64,000 nt of DNA. Origin: Torpedo marmorata (Eukaryota). Below, one piece after another: positions 48,616 to 60,905 of this stretch. The notes under the pieces were generated by a model that saw only the letters and a list, made by a program, of their open reading frames with translations, was not told where the DNA came from and ran no database searches. Location of the stretch: positions 11,036,001 through 11,100,000 of the forward strand of contig OZ360247.1 of NCBI GenBank assembly GCA_977017645.1, written 5' to 3'. Each line of letters starts with the position of its first letter. The first letter of the stretch is position 1. Position numbers and translations under genes: made by a program.

Positions 48616-50615
48616 CGTTGATCCCAATATTACGTCCGAGGATGAAGTTTCAACATCCCCACCTTTGTGAAATACCAGTAATTCAGAAAGGAGAGGTGGG
48701 AGATGTTGGATAGATTTAGCAGGTCAGGCTGCGTCGAGAAAAAGACAATGAACATTTCAGGGTGCTTTTCCATCAGGATGTACAATATCACCAAACAATA
48801 TCCCAGCGTGTGGTATTTATGTCCTTAATTCAGAGGCAGAGAAAAGATATTTCTTCTCACTATAAAGTCCGACAATTTAATCAGAAATATTTTCAACTGC
48901 GCTGAAAGACTTTTATCCCAAAGTATAATGAGTATCAAGTGTAAAAACTTCATTTTATTTTGAGAATTATTTATTTTTAAAAAGAAATGTGTGGACGCCA
49001 GTGGACCTTCCCATCTCATTCCGTGACAGGGGCCGCGTTAGCCGGCATGAACTCATTAGATGGCCCGATGGCCCAAGAGCTCCGCCGTCTCTCGATCCTC
49101 CGCGCCACCGTCAGCGCCACCCATCGCCGTGGGCGCCCGAGACTCGGCAGGTGCGAGTCCCGCCTGGGCTGCCGGAGCTCCCACTGCCCCGAGCAGCACT
49201 CGCAACCTGGGCTGGGGCAGGGCAGGTGGGAGAAGCGGCAGAGTGAGGCCAGACGGACGGCAGGAGACAGGTGGGAGAGTGAGCGATAGGGAGAGAAAGA
49301 CAGAAAGAGAGAGAGAGAGAGCAAAAAGTTTAAAAATATGGCATTTCAGAACATCGATAAAGAGAAGAATGCAAAGTCAGAAAAGTGATGCAAAAGATTC
49401 CGAAATAAGTCCTAAAAATCGCCGTTGAAAGTATCGCGTAAAATGTCTGGATAAATGAGAGGAAACTTGTAAAAAGTGATTACATTTTTAAAAAAAATCC
49501 AAAATGATAACATGTGAAAAAAATCGAAAAATTAATACAAAAAATTCACGTAAAAATGTCACCAAATGCGAAAAGGGTCACAAAAAAGCAGAGTCGCGAA
49601 AACATGCGAAAGAATTGCGTAAAAAGTAAAGAAAAGGAGCGAAAGGTATTTTTCAGGAGTTGAAATTTCAATCCATCGAAAAAGACAAGAGAGGAAAATG
49701 TCGAAATAAGGTCGATAATCACCAAAAATTGCGAAAAAGTCACGAAAAGGGCGTGGCAAAAAGAGACAAAATGACGCGAGAAATAGGTTTGGAAATACCC
49801 CGATAAGAGAGCGAGCGAGGAAATGTAACGCTCATTTTTAACTATTAACGTGAGTGTCTCCAGTACTTGTGTGTCCCAACTGCGCTGCATCGCGGCATTG
49901 TCAGACCTTCCTGTTTACCACCAACTATTCGACAGCACTGCGACCAGACACAAAATACTGAGATTATCGCCCCTTACTGGTTGGAACCGTGACTTCACCC
50001 AGTGCGAGGCGAGTGACGATGCGGCGCTATCTCCGCCCTGTGCTGAACTGGTTTTGGAACCTGCTCTCTCGCCCTGTTCCAGCCACCGAAGGAAGCAACT
50101 CAGTTTCTTCCAGCACAACCTACGTTAACATTGCAGTGTCACATGTAGACGTCTGTGTTATGAATCAGTACATCAACTCCAGTAACAAGTCCATCGCTCC
50201 CGTATTTTCGTAGACGATTGAAGAGATGGGGCAATGTGAAAAAAACAACCCGCCGCCCCTCGAAATGCTGGATCAGCCGCGACCGCTGTCACACAAAATC
50301 GCTTCTGCCTCCTCTCCACTGTATAGACGGCGCAAGGTTCCTTGTCGAAGATGAACCTGCAGGATTATTCTCGATGACTGGAATGTATTCCGCCTCAATT
50401 AAAAAAAATAAACTTCCTGATTAAAATCTAATTTTTCCTCGCTTTTATTCATTGTTTAAATTCAGATGGTGCTGTTGGTGACAATCTTGAAATGTTAGAA
50501 AGTTTAAAGGAATTTCTTGTAAATACTTCAAAACTCTCCAAGATTTACAAGCCACTCATAGTGTTCTATTCTGCAGACCATTTTATTTTAAAGCAGTAGA
50601 CTTACTCTGTGCGTC

Positions 50616-50686
50616 AGGACATTAGGTCACTGGTAGTGCAGTTAACTGCAGATCAAATGGTCCCAGGTCACATTTGGGTAGCCCCT
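50616..50686 (+). pseudogene. tRNA-Cys(GCA) pseudogene, copy 8
   Basis: As copy 1, with AGGAC in place of AGGGC at the 5' end. Confidence 0.8.
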
Positions 50687-52692
50687 CGTTGATCCCTATA
50701 TTACGTCCGAGGATGAAGTTTCAACATCCCCACCTTTGTGAAATACCAGTAATTCAGAAAGGAGAGGTGGGAGATGTTGGATAGATTTAGCAGGTCAGGC
50801 TGCGTCGAGAAAAAGACAATGAACATTTCAGGGTGCTTTTCCATCAGGATGTATAATATCACCAAACAATATCCCAGCGTGTGGTATTTATGTCCTTAAT
50901 TCAGAGGCAGAGAAAAGAGATTTCTTCTCACTATAAAGTCAGACAATTTAATCAGAAATAATTTCAGCTGCGCTGAAAGACTTTTATCCCAAAGTATAAT
51001 GAGTATCAAGTGTAAAAACTTCATTTTATTTTGAGAATTATTTATTTTTAAAAAGAAATGTGTGGACGCCAGTGGACCTTCCCATCTCATTCCGTGACAG
51101 GGGCCGCGTTAGCCGGCATGAACTCATTAGATGGCCCGATGGCCCAAGAGCTCCGCCGTCTCTCGATCCTCCGCGCCACCGTCAGCGCCACCCATCGCCG
51201 TGGGCGCCCGACACTCGGCAGCAGCGAGTCCCGCCTGGGCTGCCGGAGCTCCCACTGCCCCGAGCAGCACTCGTAACCTGGGCTGGGGCAGGGCAGGTGG
51301 GAGAAGCGGCAGAGAGAGGGCAGACGGATCGCAGGAGACAGGTGGGAGAGAGAGAGATAGGGAGAGAAAGACAGAAAGAGAGAGAGAGAGAGAGCAAAAA
51401 GTTTAAAAATATGCATTCCAGAACATCGATAAAGAGAAGAATGCAAAGTCAGAAAAGTGATGCAAAAGATTCCGAAATAAGTCCTAAAAATCGCCGTTGA
51501 AAGTATCGCGTAAAATGTCTGGATTCAATGCGAGGAAACTTGTAAAAAGTGATTACATTTTTTTTTTAAATCAAAAATGATAACATATGAAAAAATCGAA
51601 AAATTAATGCAAAAAATTCACGTAAAAATGTCACCAAATGCGAAAAGGGTCACAAAAAAGCAGAGTCGCGAAAACGTGCGAAAGAATCGCGTAAAAAGTA
51701 AAGGAGCGAAAAGTATTTTTAAAGAGTTGACATTTCAATACATCGAAAAAGACAAGAGGGAAAAATGTCGAAAGAAGGTCGATAGACGCCAAAAAGTGCG
51801 AAAAAATCATGAAAAAGAGCGAGGAACAGAGGCAAATAAGAGACAAAAAGACGCGGAAAATAGGTTTGGAAATACGCCGATAAGAGAGCGAGCGAGGAAA
51901 TGTAACTCTCATTTTTAACTATTAACGTGAGTGTCTCCAGTACTTGTGTGTCCCTACTGCACTGCATCGCGGCATTGTCAGACCTTCCTGTTTACCACCA
52001 ACTATTCGACAGCACTGCGACCAGATACAAAATACTGAGATTATCGCCCCTTACTGGTTGGAACCGTGACTTCACCCAGTGCGAGGCGAGTGACGATGTG
52101 GCTCTATCTCCGCCCTGTGCTGAACTGGCTTTGGAACCTGCTCTCTCGACCTGTTCCAGCCACCGAAGGAAGCAACGCAGTTTCTTCCAGCACAACCTAC
52201 GTTAACATTGCAGTGTCACATGTAGACGTCTGTGTTATGAATCAGTACATCAACTCCAGTAACAAGTCGATCGCTTCAGTATTTTCGTAGACGATTGAAG
52301 AGATGGGACAATGTGAAAAAAACCACCCGCCGCCCCTCGAAATGCTGGATCAGCCGCGACCGCTGTCACACAAAATCGCTTCTGCCTCCTCTCCACTGTA
52401 TAGACGGCGCAAGGTTCCTTGTCGAAGATGAACCTGCAGGATTATTCTCGATGACTGGAATGTATTCCGCCTCAATTAAAAAAAATAAACTTCCTGATTA
52501 AAATCTAATTTTTCCTCGCTTTTATTCATGGTTTAAATTCAGATGGTGCTGTTGGTGACAATCTTGAAATGTTAGAAAGTTTAAAGGAATTTCTTGTAAA
52601 TACTTCAAAACTCTCCAAGACTTACAAGCCACTCATAGTGTTCTATTCTGCAGACCATTTTATTTTAAAGCAGAAGACTTACTCTGTGCGTC

Positions 52693-52763
52693 AGGGCATT
52701 AGGTCACTGGTAGTGCAGTTAACTGCAGATCAAATGGTCCCAGGTCACATTTGGGTAGCCCCT
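52693..52763 (+). pseudogene. tRNA-Cys(GCA) pseudogene, copy 9
   Basis: Same sequence as 36115-36185. Confidence 0.8.
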
Positions 52764-54764
52764 CGTTGATCCCTATATTACGTCCGAGGATGAAGTTTCA
52801 ACATCCCCACCTTTGTGAAATACCAGTAATTCAGAAAGGAGAGGTGGGAGATGTTGGATAGATTTAGCAGGTCAGGCTGCGTCGAGAAAAAGACAATGAA
52901 CATTTCAGGGTGCTTTTCCATCAGGATGTACAATATCACCAAACAATATCCCAGCGTGTGGTATTTATGTCCTGAATTCAGAGGCAGAGAAAAGAGATTT
53001 CTTCTCACTATAAAGTCAGTCAATTTAATCAGAAATAATTTCAACTGCGCTGAAAGACTTTTATCCCAAAGTATAATGAGTATCAAGTGTAAAAACTTCA
53101 TTTTATTTTGAGAATTATTTATTTTTAAAAAGAAATGTGTGGACGCCAGTGGACCTTCCCATCTCATTCCGTGACAGGGGCCGCGTTAGCCGGCATGAAC
53201 TCATTAGATGGCCCGATGGCCCAAGAGCTCCGCCGCCTCTCAATCCTCCGCGCCACCGTCAGCGCCACCCATCGCCGTGGGCGCCCGACACTCGGCAGCA
53301 GCGAGTCCCGCCTGGGCTGCCGGAGCTCCCACTGCCCCGAGCAGCACTCGTAACCTGGGCTGGGGCAGGGCAGGTGGGAGAAGCGGCAGAGAGAGGCCAG
53401 ATGGACGGCAGGAGACTGGTAGGTGAGAGAGCGATAGGGAGAGAAAGACAGAAAGAGAGAGAGAGAGAGAGCAAAAAGTTTTAAAATATGGCATTTCAGA
53501 ACATCGATAAAGAGAAGAATGCAAAGTCAGAAAAGTGATGCAAAAGATTCCGAAATAAGTCCTAAAAATCGCCGTTGAAAGTATCGCGTAAAATGTCTGG
53601 ATAAATGAGAGGAAACTTGTAAAAAGTGATTACATTTTTTTAAAAAATCCAAAATGATAACATATGAAAAAATCGAAAAATTAATACAAAAAATTCACGT
53701 AAAAATGTCACCAAATGCGAAAAGGGTCACAAAAAAGCAGAGTCGCGAAAACATGCGAAAGAATCGCGTAAAAAGTAAAGAAAAGGAGCGAAAGGTATTT
53801 TTCAGGTGTTGAAATTTCAATCCATCGAAAAAGACAAGAGAGGAAAATGTCGAAATAAGGTCGAAAATCACCAAAAATTGCGAAAAAGTCACGAAAAGGG
53901 CGTGGCAAAAAGAGACAAAATGACGCGAGAAATAGGTTTGGAAATACCCCGATAAGAGAGCGAGCGAGGAAATGTAACGCTCATTTTTAACTATTAACGT
54001 GAGTGTCTCCAGTACTTGTGTGTCCCAACTGCGCTGCATCGCGGCATTGTCAGACCTTCCTATTTACCACCAACTATTCGACAGCACTGCGACCAGACAC
54101 AAAATACTGAGATTATCGCCCCTTACTGGTTGGAACCGTGACTTCACCCAGTGCGAGGCGAGTGACGATGCGGCGCTATCTCCGCCCTGTGCTGAACTGG
54201 TTTTGGAACCTGCTCTCTCGCTCTGTTCCAGCCACCGAAGGAAGCAACTCAGTTTCTTCCAGCACAACCTACGTTAACATTGCAGTGTCACATGTAGACG
54301 TCTGTGTTATGAATCAGTACATCAACTCCAGTAACAAGTCCATCGCTCCCGTATTTTCGTAGACGATTGAAGAGATGGGGCAATGTGAAAAAAACAACCC
54401 GCCGCCCCTCGAAATGCTGGATCAGCCGCGACCGCTGTCACACAAAATCGCTTCTGCCTCCTCTCCACTGTATAGACGGCGCAAGGTTCCTTGTCGAAGA
54501 TGAACCTGCAGGATTATTCTCGATGACTGGAATGTATTCCGCCTCAATTAAAAAAAATAAACTTCCTGATTAAAATCTAATTTTTCCTCGCTTTTATTAA
54601 TTGTTTAAATTCAGATGGTGCTGTTGGTGACAATCTTGAAATGTTAGAAAGTTTAAAGGAATTTCTTGTAAATACTTCAAAACTCTCCAAGATTTACAAG
54701 CCACTCATAGTGTTCTATTCTGCAGACCATTTTATTTTAAAGCAGTAGACTTACTCTGTGCGTC

Positions 54765-54835
54765 AGGACATTAGGTCACTGGTAGTGCAGTTAACTGCAG
54801 ATCAAATGGTCCCAGGTCACATTTGGGTAGCCCCT
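54765..54835 (+). pseudogene. tRNA-Cys(GCA) pseudogene, copy 10
   Basis: As copy 8 (AGGAC variant). Confidence 0.8.
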
Positions 54836-56841
54836 CGTTGATCCCTATATTACGTCCGAGGATGAAGTTTCAACATCCCCACCTTTGTGAAATACCAGTA
54901 ATTCAGAAAGGAGAGGTGGGAGATGTTGGATAGATTTAGCAGGTCAGGCTGCGTCGAGAAAAAGACAATGAACATTTCAGGGTGCTTTTCCATCAGGATG
55001 TACAATATCACCAAACAATATCCCAGCGTGTGGTATTTATGTCCTTAATTCAGAGGCAGAGAAAAGAGATTTCTTCTCACTATAAAGTCGGACAATTTAA
55101 TCAGAAATAATTTCAGCTGCGCTGAAAGACTTTTATCCCAAAGTATAATGAGTATCAAGTGTAAAAACTTCATTTTATTTTGAGAATTATTTATTTTTAA
55201 AAAGAAATGTGTGGACGCCAGTGGACCTTCCCATCTCATTCCGTGACAGGGGCCGCGTTAGCCGGCATGAACTCATTAGATGGCCCGATGGCCCAAGAGC
55301 TCCGCCGCCTCTCGATCCTCCGCGCCACCGTCAGCGCCACCCATCACCGTGGGCGCCCGACACTCGGCAGCAGCGAGTCCCGCCTGGGCTGCCGGAGCTC
55401 CCACTGCCCCGAGCAGCACTCGCAACCTGGGCTGGGGCAGGGCAGGTGGGAGAAGCGGCAGAGAGAGGGCAGACGGATCGCAGGAGACAGGTGGGAGAGA
55501 GAGAGATAGGGAGAGAAAGACAGAAAGAGAGAGAGAGAGAGAGCAAAAAGTTTAAAAATATGCATTCCAGAACATCGATAAAGAGAAGAATGCAAAGTCA
55601 GAAAAGTGATGCAAAAGATTCCGAAATAAGTCCTAAAAATCGCCGTTGAAAGTATCGCGTAAAATGTCTGGATTCAATGCGAGGAAACTTGTAAAAAGTG
55701 ATTACATTTTTTTTTAAAATCCAAAATGATAACATATGAAAAAATCGAAAAATTAATGCAAAAAATTCACGTAAAAATGTCACCAAATGCGAAAAGGGTC
55801 ACAAAAAAGCAGAGTCGCGAAAACGTGCGAAAGAATCGCGTAAAAAGTAAAGGAGCGAAAAGTATTTTTAAAGAGTTGACATTTCAATACATCGAAAAAG
55901 ACAAGAGGGAAAAATGTCGAAAGAAGGTCGATAGACGCCAAAAAGTGCGAAAAAATCATGAAAAAGAGCGAGGAACAGAGGCAAATAAGAGACAAAAAGA
56001 CGCGGAAAATAGGTTTGGAAATACGCCGATAAGAGAGCGAGCGAGGAAATGTAACTCTCATTTTTAACTATTAACGTGAGTGTCTCCAGTACTTGTGTGT
56101 CCCTACTGCACTGCATCGCGGCATTGTCAAACCTTCCTGTTTACCACCAACTATTCGACAGCACTGCGACCAGACACAAAATACTGAGATTATCGCCCCT
56201 TACTGGTTGGAACCGTGACTTCACCCAGTGCGAGGCGAGTGACGATGTGGCGCTATCTCCGCCCTGTGCTGAACTGGCTTTGGAACCTGCTCTCTCGACC
56301 TGTTCCAGCCACCGAAGGAAGCAACGCAGTTTCTTCCAGCACAACCTACGTTAACATTGCAGTGTCACATGTAGACGTCTGTGTTATGAATCAGTACATC
56401 AACTCCAGTAACAAGTCGATCGCTTCAGTATTTTCGTAGACGATTGAAGAGATGGGACAATGTGAAAAAAACCACCCGCCGCCCCTCGAAATGCTGGATC
56501 AGCCGCGACCGCTGTCACACAAAATCGCTTCTGCCTCCTCTCCACTGTATAGACGGCGCAAGGTTCCTTGTCGAAGATGAACCTGCAGGATTATTCTCGA
56601 TGACTGGAATGTATTCCGCCTCAATTAAAAAAAATAAACTTCCTGATTAAAATCTAATTTTTCCTCGCTTTTATTCATGGTTTAAATTCAGATGGTGCTG
56701 TTGGTGACAATCTTGAAATGTTAGAAAGTTTAAAGGAATTTCTTGTAAATACTTCAAAACTCTCCAAGACTTACAAGCCACTCATAGTGTTCTATTCTGC
56801 AGACCATTTTATTTTAAAGCAGAAGACTTACTCTGTGCGTC

Positions 56842-56912
56842 AGGGCATTAGGTCACTGGTAGTGCAGTTAACTGCAGATCAAATGGTCCCAGGTCACATT
56901 TGGGTAGCCCCT
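56842..56912 (+). pseudogene. tRNA-Cys(GCA) pseudogene, copy 11
   Basis: Same sequence as 36115-36185. Confidence 0.8.
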
Positions 56913-57594
56913 CGTTGATCCCTATATTACGTCCGAGGATGAAGTTTCAACATCCCCACCTTTGTGAAATACCAGTAATTCAGAAAGGAGAGGTGGGAGA
57001 TGTTGGATAGATTTAGCAGGTCAGGCTGCGTCGAGAAAAAGACAATGAACATTTCAGGGTGCTTTTCCATCAGGATGTACAATATCACCAAACAATATCC
57101 CAGCGTGTGGTATTTATGTCCTGAATTCAGAGGCAGAGAAAAGAGATTTCTTCTCACTATAAAGTCAGTCAATTTAATCAGAAATAATTTCAACTGCGCT
57201 GAAAGACTTTTATCCCAAAGTATAATGAGTATCAAGTGTAAAAACTTCATTTTATTTTGAGAATTATTTATTTTTAAAAAGAAATGTGTGGACGCCAGTG
57301 GACCTTCCCATCTCATTCCGTGACAGGGGCCGCGTTAGCCGGCATGAACTCATTAGATGGCCCGATGGCCCAAGAGCTCCGCCGCCTCTCAATCCTCCGC
57401 GCCACCGTCAGCGCCACCCATCGCCGTGGGCGCCCGACACTCGGCAGCAGCGAGTCCCGCCTGGGCTGCCGGAGCTCCCACTGCCCCGAGCAGCACTCGT
57501 AACCTGGGCTGGGGCAGGGCAGGTGGGAGAAGCGGCAGAGAGAGGCCAGATGGACGGCAGGAGACTGGTAGGTGAGAGAGCGATAGGGAGAGAA

Positions 57595-57625
<31 letters not shown>

Positions 57626-58911
57626 GCAAAAAGTTTTAAAATATGGCATTTCAGAACATCGATAAAGAGAAGAATGCAAAGTCAGAAAAGTGATGTAAAA
57701 GATTCCGAAATAAGTCCTAAAAATCGCCGTTGAAAGTATCGCGTAAAATGTCTGGATAAATGAGAGGAAACTTGTAAAAAGTGATTACATTTTAAAAAAA
57801 AATCCAAAATGATAACATATGAAAAAATTGGAAAAATTAATACAAAAAATTCACGTAAAAATGTCACCAAATGCGAAAAGGGTCACAAAAAGCAGAGTCG
57901 CGAAAAAGTGCGAAAGAATCGCGTAAAAAGTAAAGAAAAGGAGCGAAAAGTATTTTTAAAGAGGTGACATTTCAATCCATCGAAAAAGACATGAGAGGAA
58001 AACGTCGAAAGATAGTCGTCAAAAAAAGCGAAAAAATCACGAAAAAGATCGAGGAACAGAGGCAAAAAATCGCGGAAAATAGGTTTGGAAATAGCCCGAT
58101 AAGAGAGCGAGCGAGGAAATGTAACGCTCATTTTTAACTATTAACGTGAGTGTCTCCAGTACTTGTGTGTCCCTACTGCGCTGCATCGCGGCATTGTCAG
58201 ACCTTCCTGTTTACCACCAACTATTCGACAGCACTGCGACCAGACACAAAACACTGAGATTATCGCCCCTTACTGGTTGGAACCGTGACTTCACCCAGTG
58301 CGAGGCGAGTGACGATGCGGCGCTATCTCCGCCCTGTGCTGAACTGGTTTTGGAACCTGCTCTCTCGCCCTATTCCAGCCACCGAAGGAAGCAACTCAGT
58401 TTCTTCCAGCACAACCTACGTTAACATTGCAGTGTCACATGTAGACGTCTGTGTTATGAATCAGTACATAAACTCCAGTAACAAGTCCATCGCTCCCGTA
58501 TTTTCGTAGACGATTGAAGAGATGGGGCAATGTGAAAAAAACAACCCGCCGCCCCTCGAAATGCTGGATCAGCCGCGACCGCTGTCACACAAAATCGCTT
58601 CTGCCTCCTCTCCACTGTATAGACGGCGCAAGGTTCCTTGTCGAAGATGAACCTGCAGGATTATTCTCGATGACTAGAATGTATTCCGCCTCAATTAAAA
58701 AAAATAAACTTCCAGATTAAAATCTAATTTTTCCTCGCTTTTATTCATGGTTTAAATTCAGATGGTGCTGTTGGTGACAATCTTGAAATGTTAGAAAGTT
58801 TAAAGGAATTTCTTGTAAATACTTCAAAACTCTCCAAGACTTACAAGCCACTCATAGTGTTCTATTCTGCAGACCATTTTATTTTAAAGCAGAAGACTTA
58901 CTCTGTGCGTC

Positions 58912-58982
58912 AGGGCATTAGGTCACTGGTAGTGCAGTTAACTGCAGATCTAATGGTCCCAGGTCACATTTGGGTAGCCCCT
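58912..58982 (+). pseudogene. tRNA-Cys(GCA) pseudogene, copy 12
   Basis: As copy 1, with a GATCTAA variant. Confidence 0.8.
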
Positions 58983-60290
58983 CGTTGATCCCTATATTAC
59001 GTCCGAGGATGAAGTTTCAACATCCCCACCTTTGTGAAATACCAGTAATTCAGAAAGGAGAGGTGGGAGATGTTGGATAGATTTAGCAGGTCAGGCTGCG
59101 TCGAGAAAAAGACAATGAACATTTCAGGGTGCTTTTCCATCAGGATGTACAATATCTCCAAACAATATCCCAGCGTGTGGTATTTATGTCCTTAATTCAG
59201 AGGCAGAGAAAAGAGATTTCTTCTCACTATAAAATCGGACAATTTAATCAGAAATAATTTCAGCTGCGCTGAGACTTTTATCCCAAAGTATAATGAGTAT
59301 CAAGTGTAAAAACTTCATTTTATTTTGAGAATTATTTATTTTTAAAAAGAAATGTGTGGACACCAGTGGACCTTCCCATCTCATTCCGTGACAGGGGCTG
59401 CGTTAGCCGGCATGAACTCATTAGATTGTCCGATGGCCCAAGAGCTCCGCCGCCTCTCGATCCTCCGCGCCACCGTCAGCGCCACCCATCGCCGTGGGCG
59501 CCCGACACTCGGCAGCAGCGAGTCCCGCCTGGGCTGCCGGAGCTCCCACTGCCCCGAGCAGCACTCGCAACCTGGGCTGGGGCAGGGCAGGTGGGAGAAG
59601 CGGCAGAGTGAGGGCAGATGGACGGCAGGAGACAGGTGGGAGAGAGAGAGATAGGGAGAGAAAGAGAGAGAGAGAATGAGCAAAAAGCGTTTAAAAATAC
59701 GGTATTTCAAAACATCCAAAAAGAGAAGAGTGCAAAGTAATTAAAGGGATGGAAAAGTCCAAAAATCGCCAAGTGCGAAAGTATCACGTAAACAATCTGG
59801 ACAAATGAGAGTCGCGAAAACGTGCAAAAGAATCGCGTAAAAAGTAAAGAAAAGGAGAGAAAAGTATTTTTAAAGAGGTGACATTTCAATCCATCGAAAA
59901 AGACATGAGAAAAATGTCGAAAGAATATCAATAGTCGCAAAAAGTGCGAAAAAGGGCAAGGAACAGTGGCAAAAAGAGACAAAAAGACACGGAAAATAGG
60001 TTTGAAAATACCCCGATAAGAGAGCGAGCGAGGAAATGTAAGGCTCATTTTTAACTATTAACGTGAGTTTCTCCAGTAGTTTTGGTGGCGGCGCTGAGCG
60101 GGGAGGGGGGCTCTGACCGGAACGCATTAGAAGGTTCAAAAAGTAAGTTAGCATAGAGTTTTCGCCTTGTAGGTATATTGATACATGTAAGATGGGCTTA
60201 CGAAAAATGTTTTTGTTGTTATAACTAACGACGGGGATTTAATAAAAAAAAAAAAAATGTTTTTGCTGTCACCCTCTGATGGTGTGACGA

Positions 60291-60575
60291 GTGGGAGCTC
60301 CGGCAGCCCAGGTGGGACTCGCTGCTGCCGAGTATCCGGCGCCCACGACGATGGGTGCCGCTGACGGGCGGAGCTCTTGGGCTCTCACTCGGGCCATCGA
60401 ATGAGTTCATACCGGCTAACGCGGCCCCTATCACGGAAATGATGGGAAAGTCCACTGGCGTCCACGCATTCCTTCTTTAAAATGATTATCAAAATAAAAT
60501 GAAGTTTTTACACTTCATCCACGGGAAAATTTTGATCTAAAAGGCTTGCAGCACAGCAGAAACTATTTCTGATCA
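60291..60575 (-). repeat. Inverted, diverged single copy of the array's GC-rich block and adjacent AT-rich segment
   Basis: GTGGGAGCTCCGGCAGCCCAGG...GGCTAACGCGGCCCCT...TGAAGTTTTTACACTT...TATTTCTGAT is the reverse complement of ~36450-36755 with substitutions and a deletion. Confidence 0.9.
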
Positions 60576-60596
60576 ACTGGAAAATAGTCTTTCCAG

Positions 60597-60905
60597 GTGC
60601 AGCCGGATGAGCTGTTCATCACCATCTTCTCGTATTTGGATTTCTGGGATTAGACAAAATTGGAGATTTTGACCTTTCATCGTTTGACATGATACGAGGG
60701 TCAACAAGGCGGCACCCACATTTGATCTGCGGTCAAGTGCTCGACCACTGGCCCTGCCTGACAATGCTTGGAAATTTCGGGGAATCGAAAACCAGTCAGA
60801 TTCTAATGTTGGGACAAGTGGGAAAGGATTTGCACTCACTCCAAATGAACATTCGGGCACCTGGAAGCCAGAGGAATGAATTTGAGTGGAGGAACTTTCT
60901 AACGT
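60597..60905 (+). pseudogene. Decayed F-box-like reading frame
   Basis: After tctttccAG|, reads VQPDELFITIFSYLDFWD*TKLEILTFHRLT*, fitting the F-box consensus LPxELLxxIFSYL; contains stops and a frameshift. Confidence 0.4.

Larger units (their letters stand above)
35942..60078 (+). repeat. Macrosatellite: 11 full plus 1 partial head-to-tail copies of a ~2.07-kb CpG-rich unit
   Basis: The marker ATGTTAGAA recurs at 35991, 38055, 40128, 42198, 44270, 46348, 48421, 50492, 52569, 54641, 56718 and 58788 (periods 2064-2078 bp). Confidence 0.98.

Noticed and set aside
36395-60154. Many recurring 60-160-aa ORFs in the array, including the Lys/Arg-rich 140-aa ORF at 45275-45697
   Set aside because: No recognisable domains; they overlap in several frames, gain and lose stops between copies and are explained by GC-rich or A-rich composition.
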